A DNA stretch of 62,578 nt, filler included, from Nitrospirae bacterium CG2_30_53_67 (GTDB taxonomy: Bacteria; CG2-30-53-67), in the NCBI GenBank assembly GCA_001873285.1. It is 7 parts of 7 records of this genome, joined end to end, with 100 filler letters (N's around TTAATTAATTAA, not from the genome) between each part and the next. Parts side by side here need not be neighbours in the genome. Positions count along the whole stretch, not along the records: positions 15,135 to 20,854 come from MNYV01000066.1; positions 20,955 to 26,651 come from MNYV01000004.1; positions 26,752 to 50,184 come from MNYV01000098.1; 4 more parts are not named here. One strand, given 5' to 3'. Position numbers and translations under genes: made by a program. Under the pieces are notes generated by a model. It had not been told where the DNA came from, made no database searches, and was given only the letters and a program-made list of their open reading frames with translations. Each line of letters starts with the position of its first letter. The stretch's first letter is position 1. This document shows positions 19,566-28,735 of this stretch, piece by piece.

Positions 19566-20138
19566 ATGAATCAAGCAATGGCTGTTCACATATCATTTTC
19601 GACATTGTTCACCCTTGTTTTAGGGTGCACTCTCGTTTCCGAGGGCCGGGCCGAGGTCTATTTAACCCAGGAGCAGGCTTTGAAGATCGCCTTCCCCAAA
19701 GCCGAAGAGATCGAAACGGTTACGCTTTCCTTAGACCGGGAACTTAAAATACGTATTGAGAAGCGGGCACAAACTCCCGTCCGCTTCTCAGAAATACCTG
19801 TCTATATTGGGAGGACTCAAGGGCAGCCGATTGGATATGCCATGATCCACGATGTCAAAGGCAAGGCCCGCCCCATCACCTATATGGTGGTGATCAACCC
19901 GCAGGGCCGGGCGGCGCGCGTAGAAATCCTGGCTTATCGGGAATCCCATGGCTATGAAGTCCGCTATCCGTCTTTCCTCAAGCAGTTCTTCGGGAAGTCG
20001 CTCGCGGATCCGATCCGAAACCATCAGGATATTCTAAACATCAGCGGGGCCACGATCTCCTGCCGGGCCATTGCCGACGGAGTCAGGCTCCTGCTCGGGG
20101 TGTGGGAGGAATTCTACGGCAAGGAGGTTGTCCCATGA
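19566..20138 (+). CDS. Exported FMN-binding (flavinylation-motif) protein
   Basis: Signal peptide; VEILAYRESHGYEV...FLKQF; NISGATIS flavinylation motif. Confidence 0.85.
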   Translation: MNQAMAVHISFSTLFTLVLGCTLVSEGRAEVYLTQEQALKIAFPKAEEIETVTLSLDRELKIRIEKRAQTPVRFSEIPVYIGRTQGQPIGYAMIHDVKGKARPITYMVVINPQGRAARVEILAYRESHGYEVRYPSFLKQFFGKSLADPIRNHQDILNISGATISCRAIADGVRLLLGVWEEFYGKEVVP

Positions 20139-20623
20139 AACCCCTGAATGGCAACGGACCCAATCCGGCCCTCAAGGCAGCAACGGGATTCCTGCTGCTC
20201 TTTCTCCTGTCCGGCATCCTTGTTTCGGTCGCACATGGAATCCAGAAGATCGGCTTTCTGCCGGAGACGGTTTCGGCCCACTACCTGGGATCAGACGAGG
20301 CCATGGTCTACCCCAAGGAGCTTCCGGAATTGATGGAGTCCACCCACGTTCATCTCTTCATGATCCCCCTGGTCTTTTATATCCTCTGCCATCTTTTTGC
20401 CCAGACCCGGGTCTCCAAGAGATGGAAGATCACGGTGATCGTCCTGACCTTCGCCAACATCGCCGGGACCCTGGTCACCCCGTACCTTATCCGGTTCGTC
20501 TCTTCCGGTTTTTCCTGGCTGGTTCCCTTTCATGACGCGGTCTTCGTCCTCTCCGCTCTCTTGCTCACCTTCGAGCCTCTGCGCGCTATCTTTCAAAACA
20601 GGGGCTGCGGTTCCGGAGAATAA
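20135..20623 (+). CDS. Hypothetical 4-TM membrane protein with His residues in or near TM segments
   Basis: ATGA overlap with the upstream stop, AAGGAGG RBS; THVHLF...LCHLF. Confidence 0.75.
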   Translation: MKPLNGNGPNPALKAATGFLLLFLLSGILVSVAHGIQKIGFLPETVSAHYLGSDEAMVYPKELPELMESTHVHLFMIPLVFYILCHLFAQTRVSKRWKITVIVLTFANIAGTLVTPYLIRFVSSGFSWLVPFHDAVFVLSALLLTFEPLRAIFQNRGCGSGE

Positions 20624-20627
20624 ATAT

Positions 20628-20854
20628 GGTTCTTCTCCCATTTAGTGGGTAAAAAAAGGGGTCAAGGATTCCAGGGTTCAAGGGGTCAAGTGTTTGTTTT
20701 CCAGTGACTTGATCAGTGCCTTGAGCATCCACTCAACCTCCTCGATATCACTCTTAAGTCTTTTTGTTATTTTATAAATCTCCAAACATAATTGATATGA
20801 CTGGGGCCTTTCCTTTAACTCCTTGTAGTATTTGAGCACTTCACTTGGCCCCTG
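20628..20854. mobile_element. Family A element carrying a four-helix-bundle gene remnant
   Basis: Terminus GGTTCTTCTCCCATTTAGTGGGTAAAA and GGGGTCAA arms flank ORF 20678-20839. Confidence 0.8.
20678..20839 (-). pseudogene. Internally deleted four-helix-bundle (23S rRNA IVP/TIGR02436-like) protein, 53 aa
   Basis: Manual translation MLKYYKELKERPQSYQLCLEIYKITKRLKSDIEEVEWMLKALIKSLENKHLTP keeps the family N- and C-terminal helices but lacks the central Q.RRA..S...NIAEG core. Confidence 0.7.
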
Positions 20855-20954
20855 NNNNNNNNNNNNNNNNNNNNNNNNNNNNNNNNNNNNNNNNNNNNTT
20901 AATTAATTAANNNNNNNNNNNNNNNNNNNNNNNNNNNNNNNNNNNNNNNNNNNN
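20855..20954. other. Artificial contig linker
   Basis: N44-TTAATTAATTAA-N44. Confidence 0.97.
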
Positions 20955-21046
20955 ATGAAAGATGATTTAGATGATGATGTGAAAAAAAAACATTCACCCA
21001 TGCAGAAACCTTTATTGGCAACACTGAGTTTGCCGAGGAGGGATTT

Positions 21047-22300
21047 ATGAAAAGCATGCATCAACTCAAAGATCAAGTAACCCCCTTTTTTTTATTTTTC
21101 CTTGTTCTGTTTCTGATCTGCACAGGAATCTTTCTGCCGCACAAAGTCCGGAGTGCAATGGAAAAGAAAGGTGATGCCGCGTTTATCTTCCCGGAAGATG
21201 CCAACAAGGGCTGGAAGCTGTTTCTTTCAAAGAATTGCATCACCTGCCATACCATATGGGGTCAGGGAGACGGGACGATCGGGCCCGACCTGGGACGGAT
21301 CCATATCAGCCACCTCTCCGAAGGTCAGCTGGCGACGAATATCGTCAATCACCTTCCAAACATGTGGGAAAAGATGCAGGAACAAGGAGTCCGCTTTCCC
21401 GCGATAACCGATGTGGAGATGGCCGAGATCTTTTCCTTTCTCTATTTTATCCGATACGTGGATGAACCGGGGAATCCGGATGACGGGAAAAACCTCCTCT
21501 CCTCCAAGGGATGCATCCGCTGCCATTCCATTTTAGGCAAAGGAGGAAACATCGGCCCCGACCTGACCCGGTGGGGGATCTACATCAATCCCATTGTATG
21601 GGCCCAGCAAATGTGGCAGCATGCCCCGCAAATGGAACAAGAGATGAAAAAGAAGGGGATGTCCTGGCCGGACCTTGACTCAAAGGATATGATCAACCTG
21701 GTCGCTTATGTCCAGAGCATCGGCGGCAAGATCCAGGATGAATACCATCTGGAGCCCGGATCGCCGGTGCGAGGGAGGACATTATTTGTTGAAAAAGGAT
21801 GCAAGGACTGCCACACCATTGAGGGAGAAGGGAAGCATCAGGGACCGGACTTCGGCAAGATCGAGTTTCCGAGGACCCTGGCAGGGATGGCCGCGCTCAT
21901 GTGGAATCATTCACCTGACATGATGAAGATCATGAAGGCCCGTGAGATCCCGAGGAAGGATATCAATCCCCAGGAGATGGCGGACATCCTTTCATATCTC
22001 TTCGCTTACAGGTATTTCGATCCTCCTGGAGACGTTCAGCGAGGTAAAAAAATATTCGAAGAGAAGAATTGCGTGATCTGTCATACCGTCGGACCGGGAG
22101 GAAGAGACGGTTCCATCGGACCCAATCTGGGGCAGCTCCATCAGATCACGATCATCAAAGTCACCCAGGCGATCTGGAACCACGGCCCCAGCATGATGCA
22201 GAAAATGAGGGATTACGGATTCTCCTGGCCGGTATTGAAAGACTCGGACTTAAACGACATCGTGGCCTATATGCAGTCCGTAAGCCTTCAGAAAGAGTAA
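21047..22300 (+). CDS. Exported tetraheme cytochrome c with four tandem class I-like domains
   Basis: CITCH, CIRCH, CKDCH, CVICH, each followed by GP(D/N)(L/F) and an (N/Q)H.P.M motif. Confidence 0.88.
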   Translation: MKSMHQLKDQVTPFFLFFLVLFLICTGIFLPHKVRSAMEKKGDAAFIFPEDANKGWKLFLSKNCITCHTIWGQGDGTIGPDLGRIHISHLSEGQLATNIVNHLPNMWEKMQEQGVRFPAITDVEMAEIFSFLYFIRYVDEPGNPDDGKNLLSSKGCIRCHSILGKGGNIGPDLTRWGIYINPIVWAQQMWQHAPQMEQEMKKKGMSWPDLDSKDMINLVAYVQSIGGKIQDEYHLEPGSPVRGRTLFVEKGCKDCHTIEGEGKHQGPDFGKIEFPRTLAGMAALMWNHSPDMMKIMKAREIPRKDINPQEMADILSYLFAYRYFDPPGDVQRGKKIFEEKNCVICHTVGPGGRDGSIGPNLGQLHQITIIKVTQAIWNHGPSMMQKMRDYGFSWPVLKDSDLNDIVAYMQSVSLQKE

Positions 22301-22459
22301 GGAGTTCATGAAGCAAATATCAGAGTGTTGAGCGCGATGGGTTCTCCTGCGGAGTGTCGCATGTTCCATGCAGATTTTTTAAACACTTTGCTCAGACTCA
22401 CGCCCTGCCGGTCTTCCAACACGTTGACTTTTTGCATGAATTCCTGTATATAATCGTCT

Positions 22460-24409
22460 ATGAAGTCGAATAGACTCTTCTCTCACCCGAGGATACGGGC
22501 AAAACTGATTCTTGCCTTTCTTACAATCGGCCTGATCCCTGTTCTGGTATTGGGAAGCCTGAGTCTGACCAGCTCGAAGAAAGCGCTTCAAAACAGCGCC
22601 GTCATGCAGGTCCATTCAGCGCTTTCCGCCAAGGTTGAACGGCTGCAGGACGCCCTGAGGCACGCTGAAAAAGACCTCCGGCTCCTCAGCCAATCCCCTT
22701 CTCTGATCACCTTTGCGGAATTTTATCCCGGCAACGTGGTCGGCAGAAACAACCTGAACCGAATGCTGATCCGCTCGCTGGAGGATCTTGCTGAAGGGAA
22801 CCCTTTATATAGTGAACTCCTCCTCTTGAACCCCGAAGGGGAGCAGGTCCTTCGCGTGTTCCGAAGGGATGGGAAGCTCATGATCCAGGGGCAGGACCTG
22901 TCCCTGAATTTCAGCAAGGAAGATTTTTTCTGGAAGGCCATGGATACAGGCCGGGGAGAGATGATCATCACCTCTTCACCTTTGAGATCCATGGAAGGAA
23001 AAGATGATTTACAGACCCTGATCTACTCAACGGCGATTTATGACCGCGGCCATACGCAAAAAGGGATCTTGAGTCTCCGGTTTCTCATCAAGGATCTTGC
23101 ACGACTTGCAAGCTCCGGCGGAGACTCCATGGGCAACACCTATCTCATGGATCACCAGGGCGGGTTTATGTATCATATCGACAACAACGAACCCTATCCC
23201 ATTCAAGGCGGGTTTCCCGGCACGCTCGATGAACGGACCATCCAGAAAATTCTTTCCGGGCACGAGGGGCTGATCACGGAAGAAGCAAACCGCATCCTTT
23301 CCTATACCCCCATCTTTCCCGGAATCAATGAATCGGATAATTTTTGGGTCATGGTCATTGATCTCTCACGCTCGGTCGTCTATGCCCCTGTCAGAAGATT
23401 TCTTTTCTTTCTCGGCATCATGGTCATCGCCCTGGCCGTCATCGGCGCCCTCCTCGGCATGACGGCCTCACATCACTTGGTCCGTCCCATCCTCATGCTG
23501 CATCAGGGCGCACAACTGATTGCAAAAGGAGACTTCGACCATAAAATCACGGTTCAGACCAACGATGAGATCGAGGATCTTGCCGTGCAATTCAACCTGA
23601 TGGCTCAGCGGCTGAAGGAATCGCGGCGCCGCCTTACACAATGGAATGAAGATCTTCAGAAAGAGGTCGAGAAGAGGACGCAGCAGCTTTTCCAGGCCGA
23701 CAAAATGGCCGCTTTGGGCGCTCTCTCTGCGGGCATCGCCCATGAAATCGGAAATCCCCTGGCTTCCATGAAGACCAATGTCCAGTTGTTAAAGGAGAAC
23801 CTGGGCGAGCAGAACACGCACAGCATCTTTCTGAAAAGGATTCTCAATGAAATTGACCGGCTCAGCAAATTCTTCAGGACCTTCTCCTCTTTTGCAAGGC
23901 CGGTCAAACCTCAAATCGCCCCCTGCGACATCCGGCAGATCATCCGGGAAGTCATCCTCTTCGTGACAAAAGAAGCCGCAGCCCACGGCATTGAACTGCG
24001 GGAGGCGTTCGACCCTCATCTCCCCCTTGTACAGGTCGATTTTCAAAGGATGCAGCAGGTCTTTCTGAATCTTTTTCTGAATGCGATCCAGGCCATGCCT
24101 CAAGGCGGCGCCATCACCGTCAGCGTCCATGCCCAGAAGGAAGATGCCGTGGATGCAACGCCGGCGGAAAAGGTCATGGTCACCGTCTCAGATACCGGCC
24201 AGGGAATCCCCGATTCATTGCGTCCTAAAATTTTCGAACCTTTCTTTACCACAAAACCCAACGGCATGGGCCTCGGACTTTCCATCACGCACCAGATCGT
24301 CATGGAGAACCACGGCGCCATCTCCATGGAAAGTTCTCCGGGGAAAGGAACGACCTTCTCAATCCTTTTACAGGCCGTGAGGTTGACGGCCGCAGCGAAC
24401 ATCACATGA
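22460..24409 (+). CDS. Sensor histidine kinase (Cache-like periplasmic domain, HAMP, HisKA, HATPase)
   Basis: Two TMs, DEIEDLAVQFNLM, AHEIGNPL, NAIQAM, DTGQGI, GMGLGL. Confidence 0.93.
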   Translation: MKSNRLFSHPRIRAKLILAFLTIGLIPVLVLGSLSLTSSKKALQNSAVMQVHSALSAKVERLQDALRHAEKDLRLLSQSPSLITFAEFYPGNVVGRNNLNRMLIRSLEDLAEGNPLYSELLLLNPEGEQVLRVFRRDGKLMIQGQDLSLNFSKEDFFWKAMDTGRGEMIITSSPLRSMEGKDDLQTLIYSTAIYDRGHTQKGILSLRFLIKDLARLASSGGDSMGNTYLMDHQGGFMYHIDNNEPYPIQGGFPGTLDERTIQKILSGHEGLITEEANRILSYTPIFPGINESDNFWVMVIDLSRSVVYAPVRRFLFFLGIMVIALAVIGALLGMTASHHLVRPILMLHQGAQLIAKGDFDHKITVQTNDEIEDLAVQFNLMAQRLKESRRRLTQWNEDLQKEVEKRTQQLFQADKMAALGALSAGIAHEIGNPLASMKTNVQLLKENLGEQNTHSIFLKRILNEIDRLSKFFRTFSSFARPVKPQIAPCDIRQIIREVILFVTKEAAAHGIELREAFDPHLPLVQVDFQRMQQVFLNLFLNAIQAMPQGGAITVSVHAQKEDAVDATPAEKVMVTVSDTGQGIPDSLRPKIFEPFFTTKPNGMGLGLSITHQIVMENHGAISMESSPGKGTTFSILLQAVRLTAAANIT

Positions 24410-25761
24410 AACCGAATCTGCTCATTGTTGAAGACGACGAGTCCATGCTTTCCACCCTGGGGGATCTCTTCCAGCAGGAAGGGAAACAGGTGATCTGCGC
24501 CCCCAACGGCCAAAAGGCCATGGATGAGTTTTTCAAGAACCAGCCGGACCTGGTCCTGCTGGATATCAGGCTTCCGGACATGGACGGGCTCAGTCTGCTC
24601 AAAAAAATGAGGGAGACCGTTCCGGATCTTCTCGTGATCATCATGACCGCATACCCCGAGGTCCCCACCGCCATACAAGCCATGAAAAGCGGAGCCTATG
24701 ATTACATCAATAAACCTTTTGAGCTGGATGAACTGCGTCTGGTCATCCAGAAGGCCCTGGAGACCCGCCAGTTAAAAGACGAAGTCAAACGCCTTCGGCA
24801 ACAGGGGGAATACGCCTCTCTTTCCACACCGATCCTCGGCAGCAGCCCGGCCACCCTGCAGTTACATCACCTGATCCGGATGGTCGCAGAAGCGCCCAAG
24901 ACACCGGTCCTTCTTTCCGGGGAATCCGGCACAGGAAAGGAACTCGCCGCCAACGCCATCCACTACCAGAGCGCCCGGGCCCATGGGGCTCTGATCAAGG
25001 TCAACTGCAGCGCCCTTCCGGAGAACCTCCTGGAGGATGAACTCTTCGGACACGAGAGAGGGGCTTTCACCGACGCAAAGGAGACTAAGAAAGGGCTCTT
25101 TGAACTGGCTGACGGAGGGAGCCTGTTCCTCGACGAAATCGGCGAGATGACCTCTTCTCTTCAACCCAAACTTCTGCGGATTCTGGAAGGGGAGCCTTTT
25201 CGACGTGTGGGAGGAACCCGTGAAATAAAAACCGATGTGAGGATTATCGCTGCAACAAACCGGGACATTTTGGACATGTTGGAAAAAAATATCTTCCGGC
25301 AGGATTTGTATTTTCGCCTCAAGGTCATGGAGATCCGTCTTCCAACCCTTAGAGAAAGAAAAGAGGATATCCCATTGCTGGCGAATCACTTTATGCATCT
25401 CCACAGCCGGGAGATGGGGCGTTCCGAGGGGACTATGACCGGGGAAGCGCTCGAGTTGCTGATGAGTTATTCATGGCCCGGGAACGTCCGGGAACTCAGG
25501 AACGTGATCGAGAGAGCGGTCATCTTAGCCCATGGCAAACCCATCGACAGGGAACACCTCCCTTTGGAACTCTGCAAGTCCGCAATTGCCGAAAGATTCA
25601 AGGAGACCGTGCCTTTATCCATGGACCTCAAGCTTGAAGATCTGGAAAGGGAATATATCTTGACCATCTTAAAGAAACTGGACGGCAACAAGTCACTGGC
25701 TGCAAAACGGCTCGGGATCTCCCGTTCGACGTTGATCGAGAGACTCAAACGCTACCATTAA
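24406..25761 (+). CDS. NtrC-family sigma-54-dependent response regulator
   Basis: REC domain, GESGTGKE, ELFGHERGAFTDA, WPGNVREL, C-terminal HTH. Confidence 0.95.
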   Translation: MKPNLLIVEDDESMLSTLGDLFQQEGKQVICAPNGQKAMDEFFKNQPDLVLLDIRLPDMDGLSLLKKMRETVPDLLVIIMTAYPEVPTAIQAMKSGAYDYINKPFELDELRLVIQKALETRQLKDEVKRLRQQGEYASLSTPILGSSPATLQLHHLIRMVAEAPKTPVLLSGESGTGKELAANAIHYQSARAHGALIKVNCSALPENLLEDELFGHERGAFTDAKETKKGLFELADGGSLFLDEIGEMTSSLQPKLLRILEGEPFRRVGGTREIKTDVRIIAATNRDILDMLEKNIFRQDLYFRLKVMEIRLPTLRERKEDIPLLANHFMHLHSREMGRSEGTMTGEALELLMSYSWPGNVRELRNVIERAVILAHGKPIDREHLPLELCKSAIAERFKETVPLSMDLKLEDLEREYILTILKKLDGNKSLAAKRLGISRSTLIERLKRYH

Positions 25762-25842
25762 AAAAAATCTTGCATTTTTAAATTGATCACCCTATACTCC
25801 TATCCCGATGAAAGGTAACTCTTCTTCATCAAATCATGGGGG

Positions 25843-26424
25843 GTGAATATGAGGAGAGGTTTTGCAGTACTGCCTTTTTTTGTCCTGATGACCTGGATTC
25901 TAATTTCACCGGTCATCGCCTCGGATTCAGACAGCGCGGATCATCAAGACACTTCCACCAATGAAGACGCGGTCTACAAGGGCGATCCACAGCATCCCGA
26001 TATCCCTGATTTTTTCGTCCCCCCTCCCCCTTTCTCTGAAGGAATCTTCCCCTGCTCCGGTTGCCATAAGGATATGAAACCCGATAAACAGCGAAGGAAA
26101 CTGGAGATGTTCCACCAGGACATCGAACTGAAGCATGCCGGTCCGCAACAGTGGTGTCTGGATTGCCATAATGCGGACGACCGGGACAAGCTCCATCTGA
26201 TCGACGGGCGCCTGATCGATTTCAAGGAATCCTACCTTCTCTGCGGCCAGTGCCACGGGACCAATTTCCGGGACTGGAAGGCCGGGGTTCACGGGAAGAG
26301 GACCGGAGAGTGGAACGGCAAGAAACTTTACCGGTTATGCGTTCACTGCCACAACCCGCACCAGCCGCGCTTTAAACCACTGACACCCAAACCGCCGCCT
26401 GTGCGGCCTGATGATATCAAATAA
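25843..26424 (+). CDS. Exported tetraheme cytochrome c
   Basis: Signal peptide; CSGCH, CLDCH, CGQCH, CVHCH. Confidence 0.88.
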   Translation: MNMRRGFAVLPFFVLMTWILISPVIASDSDSADHQDTSTNEDAVYKGDPQHPDIPDFFVPPPPFSEGIFPCSGCHKDMKPDKQRRKLEMFHQDIELKHAGPQQWCLDCHNADDRDKLHLIDGRLIDFKESYLLCGQCHGTNFRDWKAGVHGKRTGEWNGKKLYRLCVHCHNPHQPRFKPLTPKPPPVRPDDIK

Positions 26425-26651
26425 GGACCATCTCCAAAAGAGTGGGTGAAAACATCAGGGGTCAAGGGGTCAAGGATTCCAGGGGTCAAGTGAAGTGCTT
26501 TTTAAAAACTCAAGGGTCCGAGGGGTTAAGGGGCTTAGGGTCCAAGTGAAAAGCATAGAAAAAACTGAAAGGTAACAGAAATCAAAAAAACCACTTGAAT
26601 CCTTGAACCCTGGAACCCTTGAACCCTGGATCTCTATAGGTTCTTGAATCC
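26425..26651. mobile_element. Family A element at contig end
   Basis: Starts GGACCATCTCCAAAAGAGTGGGTGAAAAC immediately after the cytochrome stop codon. Confidence 0.85.
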
Positions 26652-26751
26652 NNNNNNNNNNNNNNNNNNNNNNNNNNNNNNNNNNNNNNNNNNNNTTAAT
26701 TAATTAANNNNNNNNNNNNNNNNNNNNNNNNNNNNNNNNNNNNNNNNNNNN
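26652..26751. other. Artificial contig linker
   Basis: N44-TTAATTAATTAA-N44. Confidence 0.97.
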
Positions 26752-26898
26752 ACTGGAAAACAAACACTTGACCCCTTGACCCCAAGATACCTCAGTGTAG
26801 TAGCCGTCGCAGACGGCAAAGATAGAGAAAAGCGGGGCACGCGAAGCGTAACCCTGGAATCCTCGAACCCTTTTTACCCAATAAACGGGAGAAGAACC
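26752..26898. mobile_element. Family A element end with four-helix-bundle 3' tail and nested family B insert (26780-26850)
   Basis: CTGGAAAACAAACACTTGACCCCTTGA encodes LENKHLTP*, the same tail as ORF 20678-20839. Confidence 0.8.
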
Positions 26899-26915
26899 AG
26901 TCATTTAAACGGAGT

Positions 26916-27443
26916 TCATGGTTCCCATCTTTCATAGCAGACGATCTCATTCAGGGATTTTCTGCCGTTAAACTCCGGCGTTTCATTCGGATATCCAATG
27001 GGCGTCATCCCCACGACCCGCCATGGGTCCGGGATATTGAGGAGCGCTTTGACCTTCTTCTCGTTGAAGGCGCCTATCCAACAGGTGCCCAGCCCTTCGG
27101 AGGCTGCGGCCAGCATCATATGATCGAGGGCAATGGAGACATCGATTGCAAAGGTCTTCATGTAATCGCCTTGACGCTGATAGCATTCCTCTTCATTGCC
27201 GCAGGCCACAATGCTCGCGTCTCCCATGCCCAGGTGGAGATGTTTCGCTCCCCGAGTGCATTCTACCAGGGCTTTCTGTGTCCCTGGGTCGCGTATCACC
27301 ATGAATTTCCACGGCTGAAGGTTCACGGCCGAAGGAGCCAGCCGGGCTGCGTTGAGTACGCGCTCCAAGACCTCTTGAGGGATTTTTTTATCTTTGAATT
27401 TTCGGATGCTCCGTCTCTTCTGTATCGCCTCATAGAGTTCCAT
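26916..27443 (-). CDS. Nitroreductase family protein
   Basis: RRSIRKF, APSAVNLQPWKF, GLGTCWIG, IGYP. Confidence 0.92.
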   Translation of the reverse strand: MELYEAIQKRRSIRKFKDKKIPQEVLERVLNAARLAPSAVNLQPWKFMVIRDPGTQKALVECTRGAKHLHLGMGDASIVACGNEEECYQRQGDYMKTFAIDVSIALDHMMLAAASEGLGTCWIGAFNEKKVKALLNIPDPWRVVGMTPIGYPNETPEFNGRKSLNEIVCYERWEP

Positions 27444-27622
27444 GTCACTTCCTCTCCGGTAAAGGTTGCATTTTTTTGTTTGCTCTTCCAATCCGTTTGA
27501 ATTATCATAGTATATGAAAATTTGATCAAGAGATCAATCCTTTCATGATATTTCAGTCACTGAGAAATTTCGTGCCTTCGTGTCTTTACGGCAAATAGGT
27601 TCGGATTTATCGGGTTGGGAAT

Positions 27623-28720
27623 ATGGATAAACGTTCGGCTTTTTTAGCATTAAACGCCGCCAAGGGGATGACGCCGAGACTTTTTTGGAAGGTGATACGG
27701 ATGGTTTCGGATCCAGGCCGGATCTTCTCCATGACCGAGGAGAAGATGATGGGCATGGGCCTCACCCGGGAGATGGCCGGCCGTCTGCTCCATGAACAGG
27801 ATCCGGCGCGCTTTGCAGACGAGGAGGAGCAGCGGATTCGGGAGATCGGAGGGAAGATCCTGATCCATGGCGATCCGGGATACCCCCCGTCTCTCCTGCA
27901 GATTACTGATTCTCCGCCGGTCCTTTATCTGCTCGGAACGTTCAGGAAGGAGGACAGGCTTTCCTTTTCTATCGTGGGCTCCAGGGCAGCCTCCACACAA
28001 GGGCGTTTGAATGCGGAAATGATCTCAGGCAAACTGGCCGGCATGGGGATCACCATTGTCAGCGGGCTCGCCATAGGGATCGACACCTGGGCGCATCAGG
28101 GGGCCCTCATGGCCGGAGGACGGACCATCGCTCTTCTGGGGTGCGGTCTGGACCATCCCTATCCGAGATACAACAGGGAACTCAGGAATCGGATTGCGGA
28201 GCATGGGGCGCTGATGAGTGAATTCCCTCTGGGATCTCCCCCTCTTCCCATGAACTTTCCCCGGAGAAACCGGCTTATCAGCGGGATCTCCATGGGGACC
28301 CTGGTGGTTGAGGCCGCGAAAAAAAGCGGTTCCCTGATTACGGCAAAATTTGCCCTGGAGCAGGGAAGAGATGTCTTTGCCGTTCCGGGGAACATCCGCT
28401 CACCGCTCAGTTCCGGAGTCAACGCTCTCATTAAGAAGGGGGCCAAGCTGGTCGAAAGAGTCGAGGATATTATCGAGGAGTTTCCGGATGAGGTCCAAAA
28501 GTACCTCAAGCTGCATGAAACGAAGATTGAAGAGCATTCGGCGGGCCGGGACCGGGAAGAGCGCCTGATCCTGAAGCTGATCCACAAGGAGCCCGTGCAT
28601 ATCGACGAGCTGACCCGGGAGACCAGCATAGCGCCGGCGGCGATTTCCTCACTGCTGATGAAAATGGAGATGCAGGGATTGGTCAGACAGCTTCCGGGCA
28701 AGCTTTTTATCAGACCGTAA
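27623..28720 (+). CDS. dprA: DNA-processing protein DprA
   Basis: IVGSR, VSGLAIGID, FPRRNRLISG, SGSLITA, FAVPG. Confidence 0.96.
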   Translation: MDKRSAFLALNAAKGMTPRLFWKVIRMVSDPGRIFSMTEEKMMGMGLTREMAGRLLHEQDPARFADEEEQRIREIGGKILIHGDPGYPPSLLQITDSPPVLYLLGTFRKEDRLSFSIVGSRAASTQGRLNAEMISGKLAGMGITIVSGLAIGIDTWAHQGALMAGGRTIALLGCGLDHPYPRYNRELRNRIAEHGALMSEFPLGSPPLPMNFPRRNRLISGISMGTLVVEAAKKSGSLITAKFALEQGRDVFAVPGNIRSPLSSGVNALIKKGAKLVERVEDIIEEFPDEVQKYLKLHETKIEEHSAGRDREERLILKLIHKEPVHIDELTRETSIAPAAISSLLMKMEMQGLVRQLPGKLFIRP

Positions 28721-28735
28721 CGTAATGGAGGAAGA

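Noticed and set aside
21015..21034. TGGCAA...TTGCC as a sigma-54 promoter
   Set aside because: The spacing between GG and GC is wrong for -24/-12; more likely a small hairpin.
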